The translations under genes were made by a program, and so were the position numbers. From IMG/VR virus record IMGVR_UViG_3300046546_000013: 64,000 bases of DNA. One strand, given 5' to 3'. Under the pieces are notes generated by a model that saw nothing but the letters and a program-made list of their open reading frames with translations, was not told the origin of the DNA and ran no database searches. This DNA comes from an uncultured virus (IMG/VR IMGVR_UViG_3300046546_000013) (lineage: Duplodnaviria; Heunggongvirae; Uroviricota; Caudoviricetes). Below are positions 10,401 through 19,798 of the stretch, piece after piece. Each line of letters begins with the position of its first letter. The stretch's first letter is position 1.

Positions 10401-12644
10401 CAATAAACCCTCAATAGACGACAATAAAGGAGTAAAGTTAAGCTTCTTACCCCACTCTTCGGTAGCTCCAGCCATTACACTTATTTTTTCTAATAAGCCA
10501 TCAACAATTTCAAGAATAGTTGAAAAGATAGATTCACCAACACTGCCAGCTTTCCATGCCTCTGAGAATTGGTTAGCTATATTTGATACTGCATTATTTA
10601 ATTTTGTAACGATTTCTAACAGATTTCCCAAAATTGATTCGCCTAGTCCGTTGTCATTCCATGCATTTCTAAATGAATTCGCTACTTCATGCAATAAGCC
10701 CAGAATCGAATTCCACAAATCAAAATACGATTGAATCAGGCGTGTTCCTCGTCCGTTGTCTTCCCAAGCTCGTCTGAAAGCACTAGCGATATCACCAATT
10801 ATTCCGAGTATATCTGCAAGCAGGATTAATATATTTTCTATGAAAAGCCGTCCTGTACCATTGGTCCAAACTTCCATAAATGACCTGCCGATAGCAGAAG
10901 CCAAACCTATTACTTCACTTAATGCATATTTCCAAGCATCGATCACTCGTTGTCCTTGATTTTTCCATGCATCTTGGAAAGGCTTGAAGAAATCCTTCAA
11001 CAAGTTTTGGATGTCTTTCATCCATTTAGGCGTAGAATAGGTACCAGTTGCAGCTCCAAAATCAATACCAGGAGCAGAATCTTCTTTCTTTTCATCATCT
11101 GTATCCATCGTTAGCTTGTTGATTTGGTCAAATCCCATGAGAGACTTTTGTAGTTTCTTCACTTTTTCATTGGCTTTATTTGCGGAAGAACCAGTATCGT
11201 TTAGCGCTTGGATATTGTCATACAATCCACTAGCGCCTTGTTTTGCTGCATCATATGTTGTCCCGAATAGCATTGCAATAAAGGAAGCTAGCTGCCCTGT
11301 GAGCTGTGCCACCGTACTCATTAACGCATTCAATGCTGGTAAGATTGCCGTATATATTGGATAAAATGCCGTCATCAGGTTGACTTTAATCTGATTCAAC
11401 GAAGCACTGAATTGATCGTTCGTTTTCAATGCTGACATCATACCGCTAGCCAGTTTAGTAATTGCGCCACCTAACAGCTGATAAACGACCAATGAAGGTA
11501 ATAGATATTTCATCGACTGGCCAAAAGCGTTCGTGCTTCCTGTCATTCGATTTGTTCCAGCTGTAACTTTGTTGGAATTACTAGAAAATAGACTTCCGAA
11601 CTTTCCAATAAATCCAAGAGAGTTCCTCAAGCCATTTCCGACGCTCCCAAATCCGTGTGAAACTGCATTGGACATACGGTTGAATACTCCGCCATATTTA
11701 GAAACAGCTCGCTCAGATTGCTTCAACCCTGAGCCTGTCATACTTGCACCGTTAGAAGCATTACCAGTTTGAATGGAGGATTGGCCCAATGCAGAGTTAA
11801 CTCGTTGTAGAGCCTTTCTCAATGTTTCTGCTCGATCTTCTGTTTGGGAATACTCCTTCTGTAGACGATCATTATCACTGATTAATTTATTCATCTTGAT
11901 TGATTGTTTTTGAATCTCACCAGACGTTTTCAGTGATTGAGGAGTATCCTCATAGTTCTTGAATCCAGATGTAAAGCTGCCAGTTGGCACACGTTGATCG
12001 TTATATTCTGCCTTTAATGTTCGAATTCGTTTTCTCATCGCTTCGATTTGAGACTCGTTTTGACTCATACCTTTTGTAATGTTGTCCAGTGAAGAAGGAA
12101 CTGCATCAAGTTCCCGTTTGATGGTATTACCCAATCCAGCTGCTTGATCTTTGAACTTCGTCATTTGCGCTTGCGCTCGGGCGATCTGTTCATCATATTT
12201 AACGACTTTGCCTGTATCCCCTTGACTCGATGCCGTTTGTCTTTGCGATTTCAGATAAGCAACCTTTTCTTGCGCTGCTTTCGCTTGGCCCATTTTAGCG
12301 TTGATTTCATTGATCATCGCATCAATTTCTTTGGTTACTTTCGGACGAGCTTTGCGAATACCAGAAGAAAAATTGTCACCAGCAGCTTCAGATGATTGCT
12401 TTGTCGATCGTTCGAAGTTTGATAACGTCTTCTCGAGTGCTTGATTCATTTTTTCTAGTTGTTTTGTGAAATTGCTAGCACCTTTTTCAATATCCATATT
12501 CTTCTCAGTACGATCCATAGAGTTACCGGACATTTGTTGGATTCGACTCATAGCACTTTCAATTTGTGGCAGCACTCGTTCCAAAGACTGCTCAACTCTG
12601 GCAGTATTAATATCGAGGAGTACCTCAAGCGTTTCTAATTCCAT
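7497..12644 (-). CDS. Tape measure protein with C-terminal peptidase-like and lytic transglycosylase domains
   Basis: 1715 aa; Trp-periodic repeats; H..H.AIDV...HYDHLH motif; IQRESGG...GLLQYIPSTF SLT motif. Confidence 0.9.
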   Translation of the reverse strand: MELETLEVLLDINTARVEQSLERVLPQIESAMSRIQQMSGNSMDRTEKNMDIEKGASNFTKQLEKMNQALEKTLSNFERSTKQSSEAAGDNFSSGIRKARPKVTKEIDAMINEINAKMGQAKAAQEKVAYLKSQRQTASSQGDTGKVVKYDEQIARAQAQMTKFKDQAAGLGNTIKRELDAVPSSLDNITKGMSQNESQIEAMRKRIRTLKAEYNDQRVPTGSFTSGFKNYEDTPQSLKTSGEIQKQSIKMNKLISDNDRLQKEYSQTEDRAETLRKALQRVNSALGQSSIQTGNASNGASMTGSGLKQSERAVSKYGGVFNRMSNAVSHGFGSVGNGLRNSLGFIGKFGSLFSSNSNKVTAGTNRMTGSTNAFGQSMKYLLPSLVVYQLLGGAITKLASGMMSALKTNDQFSASLNQIKVNLMTAFYPIYTAILPALNALMSTVAQLTGQLASFIAMLFGTTYDAAKQGASGLYDNIQALNDTGSSANKANEKVKKLQKSLMGFDQINKLTMDTDDEKKEDSAPGIDFGAATGTYSTPKWMKDIQNLLKDFFKPFQDAWKNQGQRVIDAWKYALSEVIGLASAIGRSFMEVWTNGTGRLFIENILILLADILGIIGDIASAFRRAWEDNGRGTRLIQSYFDLWNSILGLLHEVANSFRNAWNDNGLGESILGNLLEIVTKLNNAVSNIANQFSEAWKAGSVGESIFSTILEIVDGLLEKISVMAGATEEWGKKLNFTPLLSSIEGLLKSIQPLAENIGAGLAWFYENVLLPLAKFTIENVIPAFLDLLSGALNLLNGIIEGLKPAFKWLWDNFLKPIATWTGGVVVEFIESLADVLSDIGDWITKHSEGFSNFVIVFGTFVATLKLLSILSTVVGVLSSIFGFLSSIGGLAGILSAVGSAIGGVVAVLGGPITIAIAATVAAGVLLWKNWDTIKEAAGKLGKWIGEKWDGIKTATSEAWGKVTKWTSEKWNDAKKTVSDKASDIWKSVSNRWSDVKKNTKDTWDNFSTTISSKAKTAKENASTRLQELKRNVSDRWSETWSNTRSKWDEIKDKVSNQAGAAKNNASNAFSTLRTNMSNSLNSMKSTASSVFEKIGDWANGLGSKIGKGLSNGVKSVKDGAGKIFNGMISVIGKGVNGVIDGINWVLKKVGAGKSTLSSWEVPKYARGTGYHPGGPALVNDGLGSNYQEAYRTPDGRTGIFPAQRNLMVNLPKGTSVLSGPKTAAMYGVPAYANGIGDWFKEKWNGAKEIASDIWSYASNPKKLLNAAVSKFVNLSNAFEPALSMAKGAVGTVAEGSYEWFKSKFAAGHEAQNSSFDGSMGSWGVYKYLYDIARKTVDRYPGMRITSGFRPGDPHSHGKHQAIDVAYPASMNGSSKYMAPANWVFDNFASKVAYVITQGKVRDRKGMSGTGSSGSWVRWPQNDHYDHLHINGSLGPSDIDKNASFGAIGGAAVGNGGWTSKIKQAASKLGQRISSSEINGVLAQIQRESGGNQSITQSSAVWDINMANGNPARGLLQYIPSTFNAYKLRGYENIFNGYHQLLAFFNNSNWRYDLPYGRRGWGPTGRRIVGYENGGIVNQDGLYRMGEGNKKEMVIPLEKPQRAAELIQQAVEYLGLDMFNSSIVLPEMFQEPTFTPSNSTFSNNNQMNYEGGGMKDFTSSMVTTLMNAISALGATPTQAPNGDIVINIGGKEFGRIAVKEINKYHQQLGYTELNI

Positions 12645-12654
12645 GCTTTCTCAC

Positions 12655-13029
12655 CTACCTTTCTTCTAGAAGTTTTCTTCTCTCTCGTGTTGCGTTGATT
12701 GCGTGTGCTTGGGCTAGGAAAATTTCTTGATCCCGCTTCATCGCGTCTTGCTTTGATTCCTCTTCTGTTTTGGCTTCCTCAACTGCTTGCTCAATCTGTT
12801 TGAGAAATGGATATGCGTCTTCAAATTTTGGAAACTTCTTCGGATCGTTAAAAGCAAAAACAGCTAAGCGTTGCTGAGAATAGTCAAACATTGCTTTTTC
12901 CTTCAACTCATTCTCTTTAACTTTCTTGTTTGCTTTCACTTGTATCATAATTTCTTCAAGCGTCATTCCCCAGTACTCAGTAGCAGGGATTCCTGCTTCA
13001 ACCGCTTGAGGATACATGTGCTCAAGCAT
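12655..13029 (-). CDS. Tail assembly chaperone, second part (gpT-like; likely a frameshift fusion)
   Basis: Its frame is open back to a T TTT TTC heptamer in the upstream gene. Confidence 0.75.
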   Translation of the reverse strand: MLEHMYPQAVEAGIPATEYWGMTLEEIMIQVKANKKVKENELKEKAMFDYSQQRLAVFAFNDPKKFPKFEDAYPFLKQIEQAVEEAKTEEESKQDAMKRDQEIFLAQAHAINATRERRKLLEER

Positions 13030-13052
13030 TTCAGATAAATTAGAGAAGTTTT

Positions 13053-13460
13053 TTACAGAAGACTGTCTTCGCTGTTCGTCTGATCCAAAGATTCCCCATC
13101 TGTCGGTTCGTTCTCCGTTTCTTTCTTTCCGAAAAAACCTGCTTCATCCAAGAATTCATTCACTTCACCAAATAGATCCATAGTTGTTTTCCCAGAATCT
13201 AGGTATTGTTCGAATGCTTCAGTGATAACTTTATCCGTTACACCGCTTGTTTTATTTGCACCTTGCAACACGATCAGCAAACTATTTGATGGAGGTAATT
13301 TGATTTCTCCTTGTTTCTTAACGAATAAGCCCATGATGCCTTCATCTAATCGTTTTTCAATTGCTAAAACGGCTTTACCATCCAATCGGAGTTGTAAAGT
13401 TAGATCCCCTAGTTCGAATGGTGTTGTGTGTGGAAATTGTGCAATATTGTTTTTTGACAT
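13053..13460 (-). CDS. Tail assembly chaperone (gpG-like)
   Basis: Between tail tube and tape measure; GFFGKK slippery region. Confidence 0.8.
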   Translation of the reverse strand: MSKNNIAQFPHTTPFELGDLTLQLRLDGKAVLAIEKRLDEGIMGLFVKKQGEIKLPPSNSLLIVLQGANKTSGVTDKVITEAFEQYLDSGKTTMDLFGEVNEFLDEAGFFGKKETENEPTDGESLDQTNSEDSLL

Positions 13461-13499
13461 AGTTATTTTCCTCCTAAGATAAAAAGGCTAGTCTTTCGA

Positions 13500-13790
13500 C
13501 TAACCTTCCTCTGGTTCTGTTAATGTTAAAACGTGTGTGTCTTTTTTATTCCCGGCATTTGTTGTACCTGTTGTTGTATAGGTTCCTGGCGGCACATCTG
13601 CAGTCCAGGTAATATTCCCAGTGTTCGATACTGCTAAACCTGCAGTAGTTGGTGCAATTGTATACTTAACAGTTTTATCAGTAGCATCACTAGGTGATAC
13701 AGTTGCTGTCAATTGACGATTTGATGCAGTCCCCGCAACTGCGGTAGATGTCTTCGGTGACAAAGTAACCGACTCGGGGTTGATTACTTT
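13500..13790 (-). CDS. Ig-like domain, probably added to the tail tube protein by -1 frameshift
   Basis: VINPESVTLSP...QLTATVSPSDATDKTV is Big_2-like; no clear RBS; -1 frame open across the upstream stop. Confidence 0.75.
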   Translation of the reverse strand, partial: KVINPESVTLSPKTSTAVAGTASNRQLTATVSPSDATDKTVKYTIAPTTAGLAVSNTGNITWTADVPPGTYTTTGTTNAGNKKDTHVLTLTEPEEG

Positions 13791-14197
13791 GCCGGCGCAG
13801 GTGTCATAGTCGGCCCTTCACTAACAACCACACCTAAGTTAAATCCAATGGCTTGATTGACTTCTGCGCCATCAAATTTGTAATATGGTTCTCCAGTAAA
13901 CTCTGATTTTAATCCATCTGGATATGTGATTGTCCAATCGACCGATTTTTTTGATTCAACCAAGGCGTGAATATCACGGAAGTTATCTCCTTGATATACG
14001 ATCGCAAATTCTAAGTTGTCAGTATCTTCGATACCTTTGATATAAGCTTTCTTTTCTGATCCCAAGTGTGTAACGTCTACTTTCTCTGGGTCACTACCCA
14101 AAGCCGGGATAGATTTAACTGCTGCAACAGTTTTTGTCGTTGAACCATCTTTATATGTTAAGACAGTTCCTTTTGATAATAGTCCTGCAAAATCCAT
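13784..14197 (-). CDS. Major tail tube protein
   Basis: LGSDPEKVDVTHL...ITYPDG motifs; position. Confidence 0.85.
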   Translation of the reverse strand: MDFAGLLSKGTVLTYKDGSTTKTVAAVKSIPALGSDPEKVDVTHLGSEKKAYIKGIEDTDNLEFAIVYQGDNFRDIHALVESKKSVDWTITYPDGLKSEFTGEPYYKFDGAEVNQAIGFNLGVVVSEGPTMTPAPAK

Positions 14198-14209
14198 GTG
14201 TAATTCCTC

Positions 14210-14575
14210 CTATTTTTTGTATACATATTTTGTAACATTATCAACTACAGCTGTTACTTCAACGATGATCCGCTTTAGATCAGCCGTGTTAGCATCTTTA
14301 GCGGTACCAGAAAAACCAATACTACCGAATGTGCTTAAAACACTTTCAGCAATACTGGTCTGGCTTTTGTCTCCGTACAATTCAACTGTGATTGTCCAAT
14401 CTGTTTGTAACTCATTACCCAACGAATCGATCTGATGTGGTTTATTGGCTGTCCGATAAATTGCTAATGGGAATGTATTCCAACTTGAAGGATAGTCCGT
14501 CGCAATCTTTTTGATGTCAGTGACAGCTTGTAATACTTCAACGGTGACTGTCTTCATCTTCACACGTTCCATCAC
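14210..14575 (-). CDS. Tail terminator/completion protein
   Basis: Position and size. Confidence 0.6.
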   Translation of the reverse strand: MMERVKMKTVTVEVLQAVTDIKKIATDYPSSWNTFPLAIYRTANKPHQIDSLGNELQTDWTITVELYGDKSQTSIAESVLSTFGSIGFSGTAKDANTADLKRIIVEVTAVVDNVTKYVYKK

Positions 14576-15114
14576 TTCAACTCCCTTAACTTGCGTTGTA
14601 CATGTTCTTTGTAGATTTCTGGCGCTTCACCGATCAAATCTACTAAAGAAGGATACAAGAACGGTCGTGCTGGCTGTCCTATGGTAATGTAGAAGTCTGT
14701 ACCTTGAACAGTCACACGAGGAATACCGTATATAGCTTCTAAATCCACCGCAACATCTTTCGCTGGGATAAACCATGCTGTTTGCGAATAGACTGGTGTA
14801 AATCCTTCTGGCAAATCTTTAGGACTAGCTTCACCGACAGGACCTGTACCAACTTCGCGAAATAGTGCTTCTTGCTTGTCGGACCAGACACGTCCAACAA
14901 TTTGGTTCTGTGCATTAATCACGACTTCGTTTTTCAAACTACCCAACAATTCACCACTAGAATATTTCATGCTAGATGACAATCGCAGTTCTGCGGCTTG
15001 CTTAATCAACTCGGTGATTTCAAAAGTCGCATCCCACATCGCATCATCCAAGATTTGCGGTATCGCTTTGACTTTTCGCCGTAAACTTTCAAGGCCTTTG
15101 ATTTCAACTCCCAC
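14572..15114 (-). CDS. HK97 gp10-like neck protein
   Basis: SGELLGS, EVGTG and GQPARPFLYP motifs. Confidence 0.75.
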   Translation of the reverse strand: MGVEIKGLESLRRKVKAIPQILDDAMWDATFEITELIKQAAELRLSSSMKYSSGELLGSLKNEVVINAQNQIVGRVWSDKQEALFREVGTGPVGEASPKDLPEGFTPVYSQTAWFIPAKDVAVDLEAIYGIPRVTVQGTDFYITIGQPARPFLYPSLVDLIGEAPEIYKEHVQRKLRELK

Positions 15115-15454
15115 GATTATCATTCCTTTCTAGCATAATGTTCTTGTGTGTCGAAAATGTCTGGATAGATTTGATTGTGAAATCTGGCTCTTCATCTTTG
15201 CCAACATATACGCAAACGCCATCTAGTTCGTTATGTGCCTCGTTAATCACAAAACCTTGGTATTTACATGCTTTCATTGTTTCGAGCTTGCTGCCATAGA
15301 TTTGGGCATTTATCGTACCACTTGCAGCCTGTACATTCATACGCAACTCAATTGGTTCAAATGGGTATGTGATTATTTCTTCTGCTTCTTCGTCATGAGT
15401 GACTTTTCGCTTTTTTAGGTAGACTGTTTGCAAGTCTCGTTCTCTAAGTCTCAT
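15104..15454 (-). CDS. Head closure/head-tail joining protein
   Basis: Position and size. Confidence 0.6.
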   Translation of the reverse strand: MRLRERDLQTVYLKKRKVTHDEEAEEIITYPFEPIELRMNVQAASGTINAQIYGSKLETMKACKYQGFVINEAHNELDGVCVYVGKDEEPDFTIKSIQTFSTHKNIMLERNDNRGS

Positions 15455-15786
15455 CTGAACGACCTCACTTTTGCTACTCTATAGCGATTGAGTTTTGATC
15501 GAATCTTTGCAGGAATACCAATTTCGAACGATTGAGATACACCGCCCTCAGTACGGGCTGTTTCCCCTTCGTTGCCTTCAGTATTTCTGCGAAAGATATA
15601 CAAATCTTTAACAGAAGATGGCATATTGCCCACAAGCACATCACGATTGCAATAATCCAAGGCATCATACATGGCATCTTTGATATCATCTTTCAATACC
15701 TCAATAGCCGTTGGATCCGTGATAGAAAACTTACGCCCTAGTTCGACAGCAAGCGTATCTAGGACGACTTGGTTTTGTTCTTTCAT
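15451..15786 (-). CDS. Head-tail connector protein
   Basis: DYCNR...GNEGETARTEGGVSQSF motif. Confidence 0.8.
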   Translation of the reverse strand: MKEQNQVVLDTLAVELGRKFSITDPTAIEVLKDDIKDAMYDALDYCNRDVLVGNMPSSVKDLYIFRRNTEGNEGETARTEGGVSQSFEIGIPAKIRSKLNRYRVAKVRSFR

Positions 15787-15799
15787 AAGCTATCACACC

Positions 15800-16060
15800 T
15801 TACAAAGTTACTTGATTGTCATTCATTAGCTGAATCAACGCATCCCGATCAGCTTCTTCAGGAATATCAATCTCTGCAGCCTCAAGCGCTTTGCGCAAAG
15901 TAGCTTCTTTGACTCCCTTGAATGGAACATTTTCAATTTCTTCGATTTTATCAAACAAATCATCATTCATATGTTCGTTTTCAATCGTTAGTTCTTTACC
16001 AGAAACATATCGTTTCCCCGCATAAAATACGGGGATATCTTTTACTTTGACTTTAAACAT
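15800..16060 (-). CDS. Capsid-associated hypothetical protein
   Basis: Follows the capsid gene; RBS present. Confidence 0.6.
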   Translation of the reverse strand: MFKVKVKDIPVFYAGKRYVSGKELTIENEHMNDDLFDKIEEIENVPFKGVKEATLRKALEAAEIDIPEEADRDALIQLMNDNQVTL

Positions 16061-16071
16061 TGTTTTTCCTC

Positions 16072-17094
16072 CTATGCGATTGGTTGTGCTTGGAATACTT
16101 CATCAGCAGCTGCAAATGAAGGCAATGCAGTTGCAACAGCTTTCGTCCAAGTTCCGACAGGATCACGCGTTTCATCGTAAACAGATGCCAATACATTGCT
16201 GACAAGCGTAGTATCAACTGCTGGGTCACGAGTTAAACGCGTTTCTTCAGCGGTTGGCCCATATAATGTTTCACCCAACAAGTCGTCATTGAACATTGCA
16301 AATTTGTTTTCTGGGAAATATTTCTTAGTAGTATATTTCCCATTAGCTTCCTGTACTTTGTATTTTTCATCGTAAGTACGGATCACTGGATACCCATGAG
16401 TTTCCATGAACGCATCCAAGTCAGCTTGAGAAACTATACGACCAGAATCTTTACCGAAGATTGCAGCAATGATTTTAGGATGGGTAGCAAGCGCACGATA
16501 AATTTTGCGAGAAGTCAATGCACGAGTTGGCTTAGTATCCAATACATCAATCCAACGTTCAATATCAGCTAATGGATCAGAATTTTCATTCGTCCATACA
16601 TTTGTGCCAGTCAAAGCTTCTTTATGTTCAGCAGGCACATGGTAATCAAGCGTGAAGTTCAAACCATTTTCTTTAACAGTCACTTGGCCAGCAGCTAATA
16701 CTTCCATCCGCATAGCTTCAACACGAGCCCGGACACCAGCTACTAACTGATCGATGTCATTGTAGACTTGACCTACTACATATGCTTGTTCTGCAGGCGT
16801 GCGTGGATTCTCTAATGCAATGATGTCTGTTTCTTTCAATTGCATTTTGCGTTTGATCAAGCTCAGTTCCAACTCTTGCTTATTAGCAATACGGCTGCCA
16901 ATTTCCGCCTCAGTATCGAAGTCGTGGATAGATGCCGCGATAGGGATACGGCTACCACCGCTTAATTGATCCAATTTCAAAGAAGGTTGTTTGCGTTCAG
17001 GGAAAAGAGTTTCACCTAGCAAAGGTTTATATTCGCGATCACGAACATAGCTTAAAACTTCATTCTGTGTAAATAATTCCATAATTGTTGGCAT
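16072..17094 (-). CDS. Major capsid protein (lambda E-like family)
   Basis: 340 aa; LGETLYGPTAEE and DPVGTWTKA motifs; follows scaffold and decoration genes. Confidence 0.85.
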   Translation of the reverse strand: MPTIMELFTQNEVLSYVRDREYKPLLGETLFPERKQPSLKLDQLSGGSRIPIAASIHDFDTEAEIGSRIANKQELELSLIKRKMQLKETDIIALENPRTPAEQAYVVGQVYNDIDQLVAGVRARVEAMRMEVLAAGQVTVKENGLNFTLDYHVPAEHKEALTGTNVWTNENSDPLADIERWIDVLDTKPTRALTSRKIYRALATHPKIIAAIFGKDSGRIVSQADLDAFMETHGYPVIRTYDEKYKVQEANGKYTTKKYFPENKFAMFNDDLLGETLYGPTAEETRLTRDPAVDTTLVSNVLASVYDETRDPVGTWTKAVATALPSFAAADEVFQAQPIA

Positions 17095-17116
17095 GTTTAT
17101 TTCCTCCTGCTTTCTT

Positions 17117-17443
17117 TTATTCTCCGCTGCCAGCGGCTACTTTTGGTTTTTTGTTAGCATCTAAGAAAGTGATATTCTTCAATGAAGTGATTGCAGCATC
17201 CGTGGGTGCTTCTGGCAAACGATCAGCCAAAACATAACCACCTACAAGGATCGCTACTGGTTGCGAGCCTGTTTCGGCATCCGCAGTTACTGAATTAAAT
17301 ACAATACCTAAAGCTGTAGCGTCATTCGCTGGATAGATTTCACCTGCTTCGAAAGATTTGTCAGCTTGATAGGTAAAGTTTTGAAATTTTGCACTAGCTA
17401 AGAAGTTTAAATGCTCAGCTGTTTTAATTGGTTTTACGTACAT
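17117..17443 (-). CDS. Head decoration protein
   Basis: AGEIYPAND..GYVLADRLP motif; between scaffold and capsid. Confidence 0.65.
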   Translation of the reverse strand: MYVKPIKTAEHLNFLASAKFQNFTYQADKSFEAGEIYPANDATALGIVFNSVTADAETGSQPVAILVGGYVLADRLPEAPTDAAITSLKNITFLDANKKPKVAAGSGE

Positions 17444-17464
17444 TTGTTTTTCCTCCTATTTTTT

Positions 17465-18130
17465 TTATTTCCAAAAGTTGTCGTTTTCTGCTTTTGCACG
17501 ACTGTTTGCATTTTTGGCATATTGACTACCGATTGATTCTGCACCTGAACCACCACCGTTACCTGCTGGGTTATCAGCTGATCCTGCAAGACGAATGTTG
17601 ACTGCTTGTTCAACTGCTTCACGAAAGGCTTTAGATACATTGCCATAAGCTTCATCCAAATTCTTTTCATCACCGCCGAACAGTGGTGCCAAAACAGTTG
17701 AGAGCGAATCAGGCAGTTTATCAGTAGCAAGCCGTTTGATTGTACCCGCTTCGTCTTTATCCCGCTTCAGAGCCACACGATCGGCTTCTAATTGATCACG
17801 TTCTTGTTGCAACTCGTATTGCGCTTTTTCTTCGGCAGACATTTGACCTTTTTTCTCAGCATCTTTGATTTTTTTATCTGCTTCTTCTTGCCATTTAGCC
17901 TGTGCTGTTTCGATAGCTTTAGAAATACGTTTGTCAACAACAGAATCAAATTCAGATTGGCTGGTAAAAGAAATTGTTTTACTTTCTCCATCGCCTTCAC
18001 CGCTACCTTGACCACCGTCTGCACCATCACCATCGCCACCATCAGCAAAGAATTGCAGTTTCATCTTCATCAACCGATTGCCGCATTTTTGTCCTACAAA
18101 TTGGTCCATTAACAATTTATTCTCTTTCAT
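17465..18130 (-). CDS. Capsid scaffold protein (DUF4355-like)
   Basis: AAAGGAG RBS; MKLQFFA motif, FTSQSEFDSVVDKRI, coiled coil. Confidence 0.85.
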   Translation of the reverse strand: MKENKLLMDQFVGQKCGNRLMKMKLQFFADGGDGDGADGGQGSGEGDGESKTISFTSQSEFDSVVDKRISKAIETAQAKWQEEADKKIKDAEKKGQMSAEEKAQYELQQERDQLEADRVALKRDKDEAGTIKRLATDKLPDSLSTVLAPLFGGDEKNLDEAYGNVSKAFREAVEQAVNIRLAGSADNPAGNGGGSGAESIGSQYAKNANSRAKAENDNFWK

Positions 18131-18295
18131 AGCTTTCTCCTTTACCCATGCACACTCAAAACAGGCATAACAAAAAGCACCCCATCCACGCATTCGCCCA
18201 AACACAGTGCTCTCACTTTTGTATTCTATTTTGAACCCACACACGTTATTAGATTATTGCTCACTTAATTTGTAAAGCCCCAAGTAGCTAATGGG

Positions 18296-19582
18296 CTATT
18301 TTGCTTGCTGATAAGCTTTTTTTAATTTGTTATAGCCATTTTTGTTGCCGTATTTCAAGTTTTGGTACTCATTTAGGTTTATCGGCGAATCTTTCTTACC
18401 CAAAACATCTTTCAACGACCTGTATTCAGCATTGTCACGCTTGGCATTGACTACTTTTCTCCTCTGTATAGCAATTTCATCATCCGAATACTTTTCTTTC
18501 AGCTTATTCATCCAGTCGTTATAGGTCGTATCATCTCTGATCGGAATAACTTTACTGCTGATAGGATCTAATGCGTTTCTAGGTAGATTCAGAGTACGTT
18601 TACTGTACATGACAGCTATTGTTCTACACCAAGGATGAAACGGCGGATACGTTCCGCTAGCACCGTTTACCTTAGCTTCAGAAACTGGATAAATTTTATG
18701 ATCTTTAGCTTTACAGATTTCAGACGTTCGCAAATCCAACACAGCAACAAGCATGTACTCTTTTACGCCGTTGTCTTGCCACGCTTTTAGTTTTGCTTGG
18801 TTAGCCATGTAATTAGCTTCTGTACGAATCAAACGCCTAGCGACACCAATGGAACGGTCAAATTCACTAGCTATTGCCTTAGTCATTTCAAACTCAGACA
18901 TGCCAGTCATAGACTCGACAGTGAACAACTCTTCTAGCCTAGCTGCCAAAGCTTCAGTATCTCCCCATATCCGTTTAGAATAATTCGATCCATGCCAGTG
19001 GCTATCAAGGATGTTTTTTGTATACCTGGTCGATAGTTCCTTAAACTGATAATCCTTCTTATTCCAGACCTCGATGACTATGCCATTCTTAGCATTCTCT
19101 TGCGCTTTTCGGATGACTGATTCAGCCGTTGCCTCACGATACGATTCGTGAATAGCATCTACATAGAATTCCGTCTGCTTTTCTAGTTGAATATCAGCAA
19201 CTTGCTTAGAAACTAAAAAAGACTTGGCTTTCAAGTCCTCCGCACGAGTGATGCGCTCTTTAAATGCTAATGCTTGCAATCTGTTTTTTGCTGAAGCTTG
19301 TAATTCAGGATCTTTAATCTGTTTAGATAGTTTTCTCAACTCTGTTAAATCTTCAACTGATGTTGTTTGGTTCAGTATCCGTTTAGCCTCATCCTCAGAT
19401 AGTCCAGATCGTTGCTGAGAGCGAGTAAATAGCTTCCTAACCTTTTGGGTTAAATATGTTTGTGCTTGTCTATACGCTTTCGCCACAGCTTCCTCAACTT
19501 TGATTGCATCATCGTTTATCTTTTGTTCAGCATCAACATTGCGGCGTTCCCAGTAGGATAGCTTGCGTTTCTTTTGAGCCAT
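18296..19582 (-). CDS. Minor head morphogenesis protein (SPP1 gp7/Mu F-like)
   Basis: RLIRTE..LDLRTSEIC..PPFHPWCR motif. Confidence 0.85.
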   Translation of the reverse strand: MAQKKRKLSYWERRNVDAEQKINDDAIKVEEAVAKAYRQAQTYLTQKVRKLFTRSQQRSGLSEDEAKRILNQTTSVEDLTELRKLSKQIKDPELQASAKNRLQALAFKERITRAEDLKAKSFLVSKQVADIQLEKQTEFYVDAIHESYREATAESVIRKAQENAKNGIVIEVWNKKDYQFKELSTRYTKNILDSHWHGSNYSKRIWGDTEALAARLEELFTVESMTGMSEFEMTKAIASEFDRSIGVARRLIRTEANYMANQAKLKAWQDNGVKEYMLVAVLDLRTSEICKAKDHKIYPVSEAKVNGASGTYPPFHPWCRTIAVMYSKRTLNLPRNALDPISSKVIPIRDDTTYNDWMNKLKEKYSDDEIAIQRRKVVNAKRDNAEYRSLKDVLGKKDSPINLNEYQNLKYGNKNGYNKLKKAYQQAK

Positions 19583-19594
19583 TTAATCAGCTCC

Positions 19595-19798
19595 TTATTT
19601 CACCCCACCAGTTAAAATGCTGATAGAAAATTTTAAAGCTTGCTCTTCGTTAAATCCCTCTTCTAAACATTTATCGAACAAATATTTCCCTTGCTTCGCT
19701 ATATAATCAAAACTTTTTTGCATTTCAAAGAAAGTAGCTTCAAGTGTTTGATTGTTCTCGTTCATCTTCATTAGCTCTTTTAACTGTTGTTCATTCAT
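19595..19798 (-). CDS. Small phage hypothetical protein
   Basis: GAGGAGG RBS inside the portal 3' end. Confidence 0.6.
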   Translation of the reverse strand: MNEQQLKELMKMNENNQTLEATFFEMQKSFDYIAKQGKYLFDKCLEEGFNEEQALKFSISILTGGVK

